This document shows positions 29,423 through 39,907 of a stretch of 64,000 bases of DNA, in pieces. Position numbers and translations under genes: made by a program. A model generated the notes under the pieces. The model saw only the letters and a list, made by a program, of their open reading frames with translations. It had not been told where the DNA came from and searched no databases. How positions within the stretch are numbered: position 1 is the first letter of the stretch; each line of letters begins with the position of its first letter. The DNA comes from an uncultured cyanobacterium (lineage in GTDB: Bacteria; Cyanobacteriota; Cyanobacteriia; PCC-9006; JAAUQQ01), in contig OY970368.1 in the NCBI GenBank assembly GCA_963718615.1, forward strand, positions 2,336,001 to 2,400,000, in the 5' to 3' direction.

Positions 29423-29851
29423 ATGCCGCCTTTGCCCCACCGCCCCCATAAACTTTCCCTGGGCGCATTAGAGACTGAAATCCTAGAGATTATCTGGGCG
29501 CAGGAAACTGCGACGGCCAAGGATATCCATGACACCATCCTGGCCAATCCTGATCGAGAATTGACCTATGCATCCGTCAGCACAGTGCTCAAGCGGCTCG
29601 TGCAAAAAGGCTGGCTGGAACGCTGCAAGCAGGGTAAAGCCTTTGTCTGGAAACCTCGGGTTTCTCGACGGGAAGCCCAAATTCTCCAGGCCCATCATCA
29701 GCTTCATAAACTCCTGGATGTGGGCAATCCAGATATTGTGGCTGCCTTTGCTGACGAACTCGATAGTGCCAGTGCGGCCAAGTTTGAGGCGATCGCCCAG
29801 CGCATTAAAACCGCCCGCCAAGCTCGCCAAGCCAGAACCAAGGAGGACTGA
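29423..29851 (+). CDS. BlaI/MecI/CopY family repressor
   Basis: LGALETEILEIIW, LTYASVSTVLKRLVQKGWL, GKAFVW. Confidence 0.92.
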   Translation: MPPLPHRPHKLSLGALETEILEIIWAQETATAKDIHDTILANPDRELTYASVSTVLKRLVQKGWLERCKQGKAFVWKPRVSRREAQILQAHHQLHKLLDVGNPDIVAAFADELDSASAAKFEAIAQRIKTARQARQARTKED

Positions 29852-30738
29852 TGCATAGCCTGTTGCTCAGCTTAGGAATCCTGGTGGCCCTTCTCCTTCG
29901 TCAATGGGCCAAACATAAGGCTGTCCATCGAGGCAACCAGTCTTGGCCGCAGCGATGGCAGGGCACCCTTGGCCTATTTCTGATTCCGCCTTTGTTTTTG
30001 GGTATGGCGGCCATTGCAGTGCTTGCCATGGGGCTCCGGGGGTCCATGTTAGGGGTTTCCGTTGGCTGGCCTGGATACTGGGCTGCGTTAGGGATTTGCG
30101 GTCTAGGCTGGGTTTCGCTGTTGTCTGAAGGGTTTTGTTGTTGGCGATCGCACCAGCGAATCCGCCAATTGCCTAAGATTCAGGTGCAAGGCGTCGAAGC
30201 TTACGCTCTGGCAACCCCCCTTCCCTTTGCCGGTCGTGTGGGCCTGTGGAATGCAGACCTCGTGGTCAGTCAAGGACTCCTTGATTTGCTGCAACCCGAA
30301 GAATTAGAATGCGTTCTGCTCCACGAACAGGCCCATCGCCATTTTCAAGACACCTTTTGGTTTTTTGGTCTGGGCTGGATTCGTCGCTGGAGCACCTGGT
30401 TGCCCCAGACCGAAGCCCTCTGGCAAGAGCTACTGCTGTTGCGGGAGCTCCGGGCCGATCACTGGGCAGCACAGTTCACCGACCCCCTTTGCTTAGCGGA
30501 AACGCTCCTCAAGGTTGCCAGGGGTGCAGCAACAGCGGGTCAAGCTACTGAACCCATGCCCTGGGCCATGGCCCCTTTTGCCGACGAAACCCTGCGATTG
30601 GAAGAGCGGATCGAACAACTGATTGAGCCAGAGCCAGGCCCCCAAGCAACGGGATGGGGCGATCGCCTGACGCTAGGGCTTGCCTATACCTGTGTCCTGC
30701 TGCCGCTGCTGAGTGCCTTGTCCCACTCCCCTATGTAA
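29851..30738 (+). CDS. M56 family membrane metallopeptidase (BlaR1-like, no sensor domain)
   Basis: VLLHEQAH (HExxH), LRELRAD, LAETLLKV; translationally coupled to the repressor. Confidence 0.9.
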   Translation: MHSLLLSLGILVALLLRQWAKHKAVHRGNQSWPQRWQGTLGLFLIPPLFLGMAAIAVLAMGLRGSMLGVSVGWPGYWAALGICGLGWVSLLSEGFCCWRSHQRIRQLPKIQVQGVEAYALATPLPFAGRVGLWNADLVVSQGLLDLLQPEELECVLLHEQAHRHFQDTFWFFGLGWIRRWSTWLPQTEALWQELLLLRELRADHWAAQFTDPLCLAETLLKVARGAATAGQATEPMPWAMAPFADETLRLEERIEQLIEPEPGPQATGWGDRLTLGLAYTCVLLPLLSALSHSPM

Positions 30739-30857
30739 AATCGCCTATGTAAAATTCATGACGGTTGGGGCGATCGCCCTTTTTCTTTGCCCCCCCAACC
30801 TTTTGTTTCTCAGGCTCAAGGCCCAAAAACGGTCTCAATACGGATTCACAAAAAGAA

Positions 30858-31238
30858 TCATGGATAAGAGATTCCCGAGGAAAATACGGAAAACAAGAAC
30901 CGTGCTGGAACAATAAGAAAGAGTAGTTCAGCTAGAAGCACAAACGAACCTAAAATCGGAATAAATAGGCTTTCAAGACTATAAATAGATTCCGTCAGCA
31001 ACAAAATGGCAAAGGAAACTGATAGATAGGTCAATGTAAAACTAGTTGCCGCAATCCAGCCTCCGGCGATCGCAGTTGCGGTCATCACTAAGGCCGAAGC
31101 GCTGATCAAAAACCAGCTCATGGGTCCATAAAAACGGTCTGAGCCTCGAATCAAGATCGTTTCGATCACCGTGATGCTCAGCACAACGCAGATTAGTGCC
31201 ACCATACTTCCAACACCCAAACCAATTAGAAGGCCCAT
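30858..31238 (-). CDS. Hypothetical membrane protein (about 4 TM)
   Basis: Hydrophobic 126-aa ORF filling the intergenic gap; no family recognised. Confidence 0.45.
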   Translation of the reverse strand: MGLLIGLGVGSMVALICVVLSITVIETILIRGSDRFYGPMSWFLISASALVMTATAIAGGWIAATSFTLTYLSVSFAILLLTESIYSLESLFIPILGSFVLLAELLFLIVPARFLFSVFSSGISYP

Positions 31239-31481
31239 GGAATTACGGATGGAATGCTTTCCCCTAATTCTACAATTATTGGAAAAGCGACCCTTCGTGA
31301 GCCGTAGGTGAAATTGTAGCGTGTTTACCGATCCGCCGAAATGCTGATTCGGTCTAGTTTTCTAAGGATTCTATGAATTTGTGCGGAGAAGCTTTTTTTC
31401 TCTTTTACGAGCAGTATGCGGATAAGGATGGGTTCACTCCGTAAGGCGCGAAAAAAACTTCATCCTATAGCAAAGTTGGAA

Positions 31482-32126
31482 TTAGCCCTTAGACTGCTCC
31501 ACAAGCTTCGTACCCTGAAGATTTGCACCTCGCCAGTTCGCTTGGTCGAGCTTGGCATAGTCTAGGTTGGTATCCTGCAGATTACTGTTGTGAAAGTCGG
31601 CGCGGCAAAGATTGGCCCATCGCAAGTCTGCATCGCTCAAATCTGAATCGAGGAAATTGGCTTCTAGGGCATAGGCCTGAGTTAACCGAGCGCCTGATAG
31701 ATTCGCTTCTGCAAAATTGGTGCGATAGAGAATTGCGCCAACCATTTCTGCCTGGTGCAAATTGGCCCGATGCAAATTGCCCTGGGCAAGGCTGACACCA
31801 TTCAAAAAAGCCCCCCGCAGGTCCGCGTTTTGCAAAATTGCTGCGGTCAAATCCGCATTGCGCAAATTTGCTCCTCGTAAATCCGCTCCCGTTAGGTCAG
31901 CACCATTTAGATCTGCCCCCTCCAAGTCTACATTGCGCAAGTCCCGGCCTCGTAGATCATAATGGGCAAGATGCAGCCGATTAGCAGCGGGTGCAGGCCA
32001 GCTCTGAGCCCAAAGGGTGCGCAAGGATTGCTGGGCCGAGTGAAGAGACTCACGCGTATCGACAGCAGGCTGCTCCTTCTTATTGCGCGGATCACGAGCG
32101 GAAAGAGACTCTTGTGCGTAAATCAT
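31482..32126 (-). CDS. Pentapeptide repeat protein
   Basis: Long run of A(D/N)LxG repeats. Confidence 0.9.
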   Translation of the reverse strand: MIYAQESLSARDPRNKKEQPAVDTRESLHSAQQSLRTLWAQSWPAPAANRLHLAHYDLRGRDLRNVDLEGADLNGADLTGADLRGANLRNADLTAAILQNADLRGAFLNGVSLAQGNLHRANLHQAEMVGAILYRTNFAEANLSGARLTQAYALEANFLDSDLSDADLRWANLCRADFHNSNLQDTNLDYAKLDQANWRGANLQGTKLVEQSKG

Positions 32127-32321
32127 AGGGCAGAATTCTCCGACAGATTTTGAGGAAAGGGGGATTTCTAGTGTGACGTGAAATCGTTACGGGGATCAAA
32201 CAATCTAAAGTATTTCTCCATGTCTATTGGAAATTTTGTAAGTGTACAAGAACTTTTGTAGGAATTTTGCAATAAATTACAGATTCAACGCGTCCCTCAA
32301 GCGAGAGAGTTCTGTCTGGTG

Positions 32322-33930
32322 CCTGGAGATAGCCCCTCCTTATCGCCACCGGACCGGCAGCCAGCCAGGTTTTTCCAAGAGCGTCGATGGGCTAGGCAAT
32401 CAGATTATCGGCACGGCTTTTAATTGCTCCGGCGGGACAACGCCCTGGGGAACGGTCCTTTCAGCGGAAGAAAATTTTCAGGACACCGTCCAAGAAGCGG
32501 TGAACCCCGATGGCACTCAAACCGCCTATGGGGAAGGTTTAAGTCAGGCGTTTGGCTTAGTGGGAGAAAAATACGGCTGGATGGTCGAGATTGACTTGGC
32601 CAATCCCCAAGTGCGCGCGAAAAAGCACACGGCGCTGGGTCGCTTCCGCCACGAAAATATTGCGTTTCGGCTTCAGGCAGGCGAGCCCCTCGTCGCCTAT
32701 ATGGGGGACGATCGCCGGGGGGGCCACACCTGGAAATTTGTCAGTAGCGGTTCATTACGCAGTCTCAAGGACCGCAGCAATAGCCGCCTGTTTGAGAATG
32801 GCACGCTCTACGTGGCTCGGTTTAATTCCGACGGGACGGGGGAATGGTTGCCGCTCAAGCTTAGTACTAAAACCAACCCTAATCGGCCTTCGGCGATCGC
32901 CGCCATCGAGATCGCGACCCTAGGAGAGGCCAAGCAAAATGGCCGGGTTCAATTGCCCAAGCGGGCGGGCATTGCTGGTGAAACCACCAGCGGTGGCTCC
33001 AAAATTGTTGACACAACGAACGAAGTCCAGGTTCTATCGGACTACGAAGGTAAATCCCTGGGAGACTTCTACGAAAGTCAGGGAGCCGTGCTTGTGGATG
33101 CATTCTTAGCCGCGAATTTGATCGGGGGCACGCCCTCCGCTCGTCCTGAGGATTTGGAAGTGGATGCGCGAACGGGACATGTTTATATTTCCTATACAGA
33201 TTACTTGGCGGGTAGCGATGGCTATCCCGATTCGCGGATTTTCCAGACGGCGAAACTGAGCGACAGCGTCACGGCGAAACAGCCCTATGGTGGCCTCTAC
33301 AAGCTTATGGAAAGCAGCGCTAATGGCACAGGCACGGATTTTACCTGGACCAAACTCAAGCAATCCGGCGAAGCGGGTGCCGAGAATGGAGCAGGATTTG
33401 CCAATGTGGATAATTTATGGCTCGATCGCCAGGGCGGGATTTGGGCTGTGACCGATATGTCCACCAGCCGCCACAATGGCTTTGGCACCGGCTCTCAGCC
33501 CAAGGCCAGAGAAATTAATCACCAGGCCAAGGGCAATCCCGATGGCCTCGTGGGGGTTTTTGGCAACAACTGGATGTTCCACATTCCCCTGAGCGGCCCC
33601 GATGCCGGGGAACTTCAGCCCTTTGCCTATGGGCCAGTGCGATGTGAGATGACGGGACCCACCTGGATTGGCGAGGGTCAGGCCGGAGCGACATTGGTTT
33701 TGTCTGTGCAACATCCTGGTGAAGATGTGCCCATCGGTGCAGGTCAAGCCCCGCTCAGCCGGGAAATTGAAATGCTGGATTTGACGGGGAAGGTCTTTAC
33801 CCAGCAGCGCACGGTGCCGTTGGGGAGCAATTGGCCAAGCAATCTGGGGTATCCGCTCCCCGATGGAACCGTGGATTTGCAGGGACCCCCTCGACCAGCG
33901 GTGATTGGGATTCGGCGCAAGTCGGTTTAA
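32322..33930 (+). pseudogene. phoX: PhoX-family alkaline phosphatase, 5'-truncated and frameshifted
   Basis: NCSGGTTPWGTVLSAEENFQ, YGWMVE, LGRFRHE, ARPEDLE, FANVDN, CEMTG, SVQHPGE. No Tat leader; the upstream LIATGPAASQVF segment lies in a different frame. Confidence 0.75.
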
Positions 33931-33944
33931 CTTTTCCCTATGGA

Positions 33945-34805
33945 TTAGCTCGTAGGCTCGGAGTTTTCCGTTTCGGATCGGGACTTGCCATTCTGGGCCT
34001 GGATTTGAGCCTGGGTTTGGGCCAGCATCTCGCTGATGCCTTCCACCCCAATCAAACTCGGCATGCCGTGGCCTGTATTTACCGTCGGCACAAACACCAT
34101 CGTAGATTTGCCTTCCATACACATTTCATACAGCATGTTCATCGAACGCAGTTGTAGTGATGTCGCTGATGTCGCATATTTTTCCGCTGCCTTGATCATC
34201 GAATTTGCTGCTAAGTCTTCGGCTTCGGCCAGCTTCAGTCGCGCCCGCTTTTCTCGCTCTGCTGCTGCTTCCCGCGAAATGGCATCCTCCAATTCCCGCG
34301 AAACGATCACGTCCTTAATCTCGACCGAAATAATCGTGACGCCCCACTGCATGACAAAATCAGAAATGTGTTCCCGAATCAAATCTCCAACCCTGTCTCG
34401 CTCGGACAATAGCTGATCCAAGTTGCTTTTGCCGACCATATCGCGAATCGCAGCTCGTGTCGCCATCTGGGTTGCGGCGTTGTAGTCATCTACATTCAAA
34501 ACCGCAAACTTGACGTTGCTGACCTTATAAAACACGATTGCGTCCACCTCCACCGGAATATTGTCCCGCGTCAGGCCTTTTTGTAGGGGAACAGTGTAGG
34601 TGACAATCCGCACATCAACCTTACGTTTAGGGCTTTGCAAGAGTGGAACGTAAAAATACAGCCCTGGCCCCACAACCCGAGTGAATCGACCCAGGGTAAA
34701 CAGAACCTTGCGATCCCATTCGTTACAAACGCCAAAGAATCGGAGCATGAATGTGCCCGCGATCAGAAGACCTATCATCCAAATCGAAAATTCCATGTTG
34801 TTCAC
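33945..34805 (-). CDS. SPFH/band-7 (stomatin/slipin) protein
   Basis: GPGL, VDVR, TRDNIPVEVDAIVFY, WGV.I..VEIKDV, AEREKRA, LQLR. Confidence 0.92.
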   Translation of the reverse strand: MNNMEFSIWMIGLLIAGTFMLRFFGVCNEWDRKVLFTLGRFTRVVGPGLYFYVPLLQSPKRKVDVRIVTYTVPLQKGLTRDNIPVEVDAIVFYKVSNVKFAVLNVDDYNAATQMATRAAIRDMVGKSNLDQLLSERDRVGDLIREHISDFVMQWGVTIISVEIKDVIVSRELEDAISREAAAEREKRARLKLAEAEDLAANSMIKAAEKYATSATSLQLRSMNMLYEMCMEGKSTMVFVPTVNTGHGMPSLIGVEGISEMLAQTQAQIQAQNGKSRSETENSEPTS

Positions 34806-34986
34806 AACCGACTTTCGGGGTTATCTAGGGTGATGCCCGCAATTATTGAAAAGAATCAAGCCCCGAATATTCGAGTTCCTGATGTTCCAGTCCCCGCTGA
34901 ATAAACCGCGCTGTAATCTCAGGATGCCCCTTATTCACCTGATCGAGTCTGGCGTGATGAAACTCATGGCCACAAACAAGATCTCA

Positions 34987-35745
34987 TCAATACTCGTAGG
35001 GTTCCTTGGGTTTGGGAATGGGCGTGAGCTGGGTAGGGGCGATCGCCACTTGCCTGACGCCATTGAGCTCGACGACTTGTATTAAGCCCTCAACCTGATA
35101 CCAATCATCGGGTTTATACTGCTCACGACTGGTTTTGAGCGCCACCGGCAGACCAATGGGCGTGGCATCCAGGGCGCAGTGTTTAATCACAAAGCGGGTG
35201 ATATAGAAATAGGAATCGGGCAACGTCGGCGACTGAACGACAAAACCCATGACATTCACCTTTTGACCCGCATAGGCTTCTGGCTCTGGATAAACCGCGA
35301 GGGTGCGTGACCAGTCGCCAATGGTGCGTTCTTCGGGGCGAGAGGCCGTATTAAACGATTGCACCTGAATCTGGGAGGTGAGAGGCGCTTCCGCAAAGCC
35401 TTGCTGAATCGCCGCTTCGCTGCCCAGGGGATTGGGAGGAATGACCAGACCGAGAACGGCCACGCTCAACATCAGCCCATTGGCAAAGCTGGGGGGAAGG
35501 GTATTGAGGTGGCGAGCATTACTGCGGCCCCGACTGCGCAGTAAACTGACGATCCGCAGCCCCGCCAGACCCATGAGGATGCCGCCTGCTGTGAGCGCTG
35601 TCCAAAAATAGCGGGGATGGATCAGCAAGCCCAGCTCGCCACTAAACCAGTAATACACTAGCAAAATCCCCCAGGCGAGGATGGCCAGGGTATCGATAAA
35701 CGTCCAGAGCAGCCCAAGGCGGGGGGAGGGAGAAGATCGTCTCAT
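34987..35745 (-). CDS. TIGR03943/DUF1980 putative permease subunit
   Basis: LLIHPRY, DW.RTL..YPEPEAYAGQKV..GFV, RFVIKHCALDA.PIGLPV. Confidence 0.85.
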   Translation of the reverse strand: MRRSSPSPRLGLLWTFIDTLAILAWGILLVYYWFSGELGLLIHPRYFWTALTAGGILMGLAGLRIVSLLRSRGRSNARHLNTLPPSFANGLMLSVAVLGLVIPPNPLGSEAAIQQGFAEAPLTSQIQVQSFNTASRPEERTIGDWSRTLAVYPEPEAYAGQKVNVMGFVVQSPTLPDSYFYITRFVIKHCALDATPIGLPVALKTSREQYKPDDWYQVEGLIQVVELNGVRQVAIAPTQLTPIPKPKEPYEY

Positions 35746-35811
35746 GGGAATAACCTGAAGGACAATGATCTTAACGAATGACGGGACACTGTGGCCAGGG
35801 TTGCCCTCGAC

Positions 35812-37680
35812 CTAGCCTGCTCGATAGTGCTGCAACAACTCAGGCAAATAATCGACCCCATCCACCCCAATTAACCCCAACAGGGCTGACCGTCGTTGCT
35901 CTAGCATCTGGTTAAATCGCTCCTCCCCCAGTTTCCCTCGCAGCAAACTCACGACTGCTGCCGTTTGACGCCATTCGGGGGCTTTGCGTTGGTGGAGCAA
36001 ATACATCCCGAGACAACCGTGAAATACTGCTGATTCTTGATCTTTGAGCTGATAGTAGACCTCGGCCAAATAGGCATGACTCAAGCCATGGAGCAGTTCG
36101 TGACCGACATCATGGGCCATGACCACCGCTTCCGTTAAGGTTTCTTCCGCTGCGTGGTACCGTTCCAGAAGTAGGTAGGCCAAACCCAGGCCGTTGACAC
36201 AGAGGATTTGACCGATGCGATCGCTCACTTTCTCCGCCCGCTGGCGTCCCTGTTTGAGCCGCTCGACGGTCAGGGCCAACCGATCCACATCGACATATTC
36301 CGTTGCCTGGGCTGCTCGCACCTCGCTATAGCTAATACTCACCAAGGCTTGGGCCTCCCCCAGCAAGTCGCCCTGTTGCCGAGCCAAGATCAAGGCTCGC
36401 TGACTGTAGGCGATCGCCTGCTCATAGTTCTTCTGGCTCAAGCTGGCCCGACTAAGATGGTTCAAATTAGCAATTTCGCAGCGAAAATCCTGGGCTTCCT
36501 GGGCTAGGGCCAGCGCCTCCTGATGCAGCCGAACCCCCTTGGCTTGCTCCCCCATCCACCAACGGGAATAGGCAATCAGCGTCAAGATCCGTGCCTTCTC
36601 TTGGGTTTGTTCCAGGGCCTGCAAGGGCTGATCCAAATACTGCATCGTTTCCCGAAAGGCATCGCCGGAAACGGAAACCAGCACGCCCCCATAGAGCGGA
36701 AAGTTATCCCGTCGGGCAAAGGCCCGCAGAATTTGCAACGACACCTGAAAACAGGCTTTGGCCAACAAAGACCGCTCCTCTGGCAGCAGTTCCAGGGCCT
36801 CCCGAAACCCGGCGCTCAACTCGGCCCAGATCACCGCAAAGGTCAAAAATGTCATGGCCGCTAGGTTGCGGCCACCAGAAATACTGTAAGGTTGCTGGTC
36901 AAACCAAGCAATCAGACCATTTTGCATCCCCCGCATCAGGACCGCAAGTTCGACCCAGCTCACCAGATCGAGCTGCCGCTGGGACTGGGCCAGATCGAGC
37001 GCCGATTGATTCCCCGTTTGTCCGCCAAACAACTCTTTCGCCAGGGCACTGCGGGTTTGCTTCGCCCAATAGCCCCAGGGACTGACCCCTTTGCGGCTGG
37101 TTTCAAATCCAACGGCTCGCTGGGGCGCATCGTACATCCAGCCCACCAAATGGCCTTCGATCTCGCTAAAGGCCGTCAATCCCCGCTTCAGACCCAGGCC
37201 CAAAGGCTGGAGCCCCAAATCAGGATCCGTGGTTTCTAATTCAGCGGCGAGGAGCGCAATCAGTTTGCGATCGAACACGTAAGTTTGGTTCGGATCCAAA
37301 ATCTGAAAGAGCACCGAGAGTCGGTCTTCCGGAGCTGCGGTTTGGAGCTGGGCGATCGCCGCTGCACAGGCGCTCTGGGCCTGATTTTCCTGCTGCCAAC
37401 GCTCCCACGCCTCGCTGAGTACTTTAATCGCCCGAGACTGGCGCAGCGCCTTGGCCTGTTTTAATTCGTCTTTCTCACCTGCAAGGAGTTGCTCAATGGT
37501 TTCCCGTCGCGTCCAGAGGCAACGTTCAAAGATTTCTCCCGTACCTGGCTCCAGCTCCTGGGTTAGCAGTCGATAGACTTGCTCCTTGGAGCTAATTTGC
37601 CCCTTCAGGGTTTTCGTAATAATCGATTCTACAAACGCAGCATAGCGCTCCGGCCAGGAGGGAGAGTCCAAGACAGACAC
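35812..37680 (-). CDS. Conserved cyanobacterial TPR protein
   Basis: TLKGQISSKEQVY, GTGEIFERCL, NFPLYGG, C-terminal TPRs, IGVDG.DYLPELL. Confidence 0.8.
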   Translation of the reverse strand: MSVLDSPSWPERYAAFVESIITKTLKGQISSKEQVYRLLTQELEPGTGEIFERCLWTRRETIEQLLAGEKDELKQAKALRQSRAIKVLSEAWERWQQENQAQSACAAAIAQLQTAAPEDRLSVLFQILDPNQTYVFDRKLIALLAAELETTDPDLGLQPLGLGLKRGLTAFSEIEGHLVGWMYDAPQRAVGFETSRKGVSPWGYWAKQTRSALAKELFGGQTGNQSALDLAQSQRQLDLVSWVELAVLMRGMQNGLIAWFDQQPYSISGGRNLAAMTFLTFAVIWAELSAGFREALELLPEERSLLAKACFQVSLQILRAFARRDNFPLYGGVLVSVSGDAFRETMQYLDQPLQALEQTQEKARILTLIAYSRWWMGEQAKGVRLHQEALALAQEAQDFRCEIANLNHLSRASLSQKNYEQAIAYSQRALILARQQGDLLGEAQALVSISYSEVRAAQATEYVDVDRLALTVERLKQGRQRAEKVSDRIGQILCVNGLGLAYLLLERYHAAEETLTEAVVMAHDVGHELLHGLSHAYLAEVYYQLKDQESAVFHGCLGMYLLHQRKAPEWRQTAAVVSLLRGKLGEERFNQMLEQRRSALLGLIGVDGVDYLPELLQHYRAG

Positions 37681-37890
37681 AGCAACTCCTCTGAGTGAGA
37701 TAAAGGTCGCTCAAGTTAACAGACACTATAGCGTTCTTCGCGAAAATCCATTTACGAAAATTTACAAGTGCCCTTTATACTAAACTTGTGCTTCCCCCCC
37801 CCTTGCATTCCAAGACCTGGCCCCCCTGGCGCTGTGGGGAACCCAAGCGTTCAATCCAATTCTTTTTTCCCCATGATGTCATCAGGCTTC

Positions 37891-37921
37891 AACCGAACCG
37901 TTGCGAACGGCTCGGTTTTTT
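37891..37921 (+). terminator. Intrinsic-terminator-like hairpin in the sulP leader
   Basis: AACCGAACCGTT-GCG-AACGGCTCGGTT with a T6 tract, ending about 40 nt before the ATG. Confidence 0.55.
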
Positions 37922-37963
37922 GAGCAGGGAAATTGCATGTCCTGATAAAACTGGAAAATTCCT

Positions 37964-39466
37964 ATGATTCAACTTATTCCAAAAGATGTATTCAAGCCAG
38001 AGGCTTGGTTGGCCAATGTCCGGGGAGATTTGCTCTCGGGGGCGGTGGTGGCGCTGGCTTTGATTCCAGAGGCGATCGCCTTCTCCATCATTGCCGGGGT
38101 TGATCCCAAGGTCGGTCTCTACGCGTCGTTTTGTATTGCAATTGTCACCGCGTTTTTGGGCGGTCGTCCGGCGATGATTTCCGCCGCCACCGGAGCCATG
38201 GCGCTGGTCGTGACTCCCCTCGTCAAAAGTCATGGGCTCGATTATTTGCTAGCCACGACGATTTTGACCGGTATCTTCCAAATGGTCTGGGGATTTATTC
38301 GTCTTGGAAATCAAATGCGGTTTGTGCCCCGTGCCGTCATGGTGGGATTTGTGAATGCACTCGCGATTTTAATTTTTGGTGCCCAGCTCCCCCAGATTGA
38401 GGGAGCCAACGCTCGACTGCCGATTTATTTAATGGTGGCGGCAAGTTTGGTCATTATCTATGGACTACCCCGACTCACTAAACAGATTCCATCGCCGCTG
38501 GTGGCGATCGTTGGGGTAACCGCCGCCTCCCTCTGGTTCGGTATTGATGTCCCCACCGTCGGAGATATGGGCACTCTACCGGACTCACTTCCCCCGTTTT
38601 TGATTCCCCAAGTCCCGTTCACGTTTGAAACCTTGCAAATTATTGCACCCTATGCATTGGCGCTGTCCCTGGTGGGGCTCCTGGAGTCATTCCTCACCGC
38701 CAACGTCATTGATGACCTGACCGATACGCCGAGCGATAAAAACCAAGAAGCCAAGGGTCAAGGCATCGCCAATATCCTCACGGGCTTTTTGGGGGGCATG
38801 GCGGGATGCGCCATGATTGGCCAGTCGGTGATTAATGTCAGCTCCGGGGGCCGTACCAGACTATCGACCCTCAGCGCTGGCGTTTTGCTTCTGCTGTTCA
38901 TGCTGCTGTTTGGCGATTGGGTTTCGCAGATTCCCATGGCGGCGCTGGTGGCTGTGATGTTTATGGTTTCCTTCAGTACCTTTAGCTGGGCCTCGCTGCG
39001 CAATCTGCGGTTAATTCCCAAGAGCGAGACGGCGGTGATGGTCACAACGGTGCTGGCGACGATCTTGACCCATAATTTGGCGATCGGGGTGTTGTTGGGT
39101 GTAGCGCTGAGCGCGATTTTCTTCACCCGTAAAATTGCGGCGCTGGTCACCGTAGACTCGGTTTGGGATGAGGCGCTCCTCACTCGGACCTACACCGTTT
39201 CCGGGGATATTTTCTTTGTCTCAGTGGAGAGTTTTTTGGGTCGTTTTCAGTTTCGCGAGGTCTTGGAACGGGTGATTATTGACTTAACCCATGCCCATAT
39301 TTGGGATCAGTCGGCGGTGGATGCCATCGATAAGCTAGTGCTGCGCTTTCGCAAACGGGGAGTCGTGGTTGAGCTGCGGGGACTCAACGATGCCAGCGCC
39401 ACGCTGCTCGATCGCCTCGCCATCCACGATAAACCCGAGGCTCTAGGGCAGGTTCCAGGCCACTAA
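37964..39466 (+). CDS. SulP/SLC26 family anion transporter with short STAS domain
   Basis: [58 protein letters not shown]. Confidence 0.93.
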   Translation: MIQLIPKDVFKPEAWLANVRGDLLSGAVVALALIPEAIAFSIIAGVDPKVGLYASFCIAIVTAFLGGRPAMISAATGAMALVVTPLVKSHGLDYLLATTILTGIFQMVWGFIRLGNQMRFVPRAVMVGFVNALAILIFGAQLPQIEGANARLPIYLMVAASLVIIYGLPRLTKQIPSPLVAIVGVTAASLWFGIDVPTVGDMGTLPDSLPPFLIPQVPFTFETLQIIAPYALALSLVGLLESFLTANVIDDLTDTPSDKNQEAKGQGIANILTGFLGGMAGCAMIGQSVINVSSGGRTRLSTLSAGVLLLLFMLLFGDWVSQIPMAALVAVMFMVSFSTFSWASLRNLRLIPKSETAVMVTTVLATILTHNLAIGVLLGVALSAIFFTRKIAALVTVDSVWDEALLTRTYTVSGDIFFVSVESFLGRFQFREVLERVIIDLTHAHIWDQSAVDAIDKLVLRFRKRGVVVELRGLNDASATLLDRLAIHDKPEALGQVPGH

Positions 39467-39504
39467 AAACCAGACCACTAAGAACCAGACCACTAAGAAC
39501 CAGG
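39455..39504. repeat. 15-bp tandem repeat CCAGACCACTAAGAA x3 duplicating the sulP 3' end
   Basis: Copies at 39455, 39470 and 39485. Confidence 0.85.
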
Positions 39505-39656
39505 TCTTTGAGACTCCAGGATTATGTCTTGACTGCTTTACAAAATCTTCATACATCTGAATCAAATGAATCAGTGCCTGCGGGGACGGAGGAGATTACA
39601 GAATGTGAAGGAAGACGGTTTTATTTTTATACGGTCTGGCTATTAGGACGGTGATG

Positions 39657-39687
39657 CAAGGGCTAGGGAATAGAACCCTAGCCCTTG
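39657..39687. other. Perfect 12-bp inverted repeat upstream of the NRPS
   Basis: CAAGGGCTAGGG-AATAGAA-CCCTAGCCCTTG. Confidence 0.7.
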
Positions 39688-39907
39688 TGAATTTCAAGTG
39701 TAAAGTTCCAGTACTTTTGGGTTCTTGTTCTGCGAATAAGATCGGTTTTCTGGGTTTTCAATTGAACATTTGGGCGATCGCTGACTTTGCCATTGAGCTA
39801 GATCTATTTTGAGTTTGAGTCCAATGACCCGTTAAAAACTTTGCGGATCGACCGGCGATTCTCAGCATGGCTTAGATGTGTAGGAGCTTCCCCATCTAAA
39901 ATTCGCT

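Noticed and set aside
33415-34122. Long antisense/alternative-frame ORFs (e.g. 235 aa here, 223 aa at 46528, 212 aa at 59905)
   Set aside because: They are shadows of well-supported genes and show no recognisable motifs.
34852-34989. Open frame continuing in register after the TIGR03943 stop (readthrough or selenocysteine)
   Set aside because: Two consecutive TGA codons and no recognisable domain or SECIS-like element; likely chance or a remnant.
37780-37921. Fluoride, Li+/Na+ or c-di-AMP riboswitch
   Set aside because: I could not find the consensus cores of these aptamers; kept only as an unknown leader.
37964-39466. bicA bicarbonate transporter
   Set aside because: The motifs and short STAS fit a generic SulP subfamily; BicA identity cannot be supported by eye.
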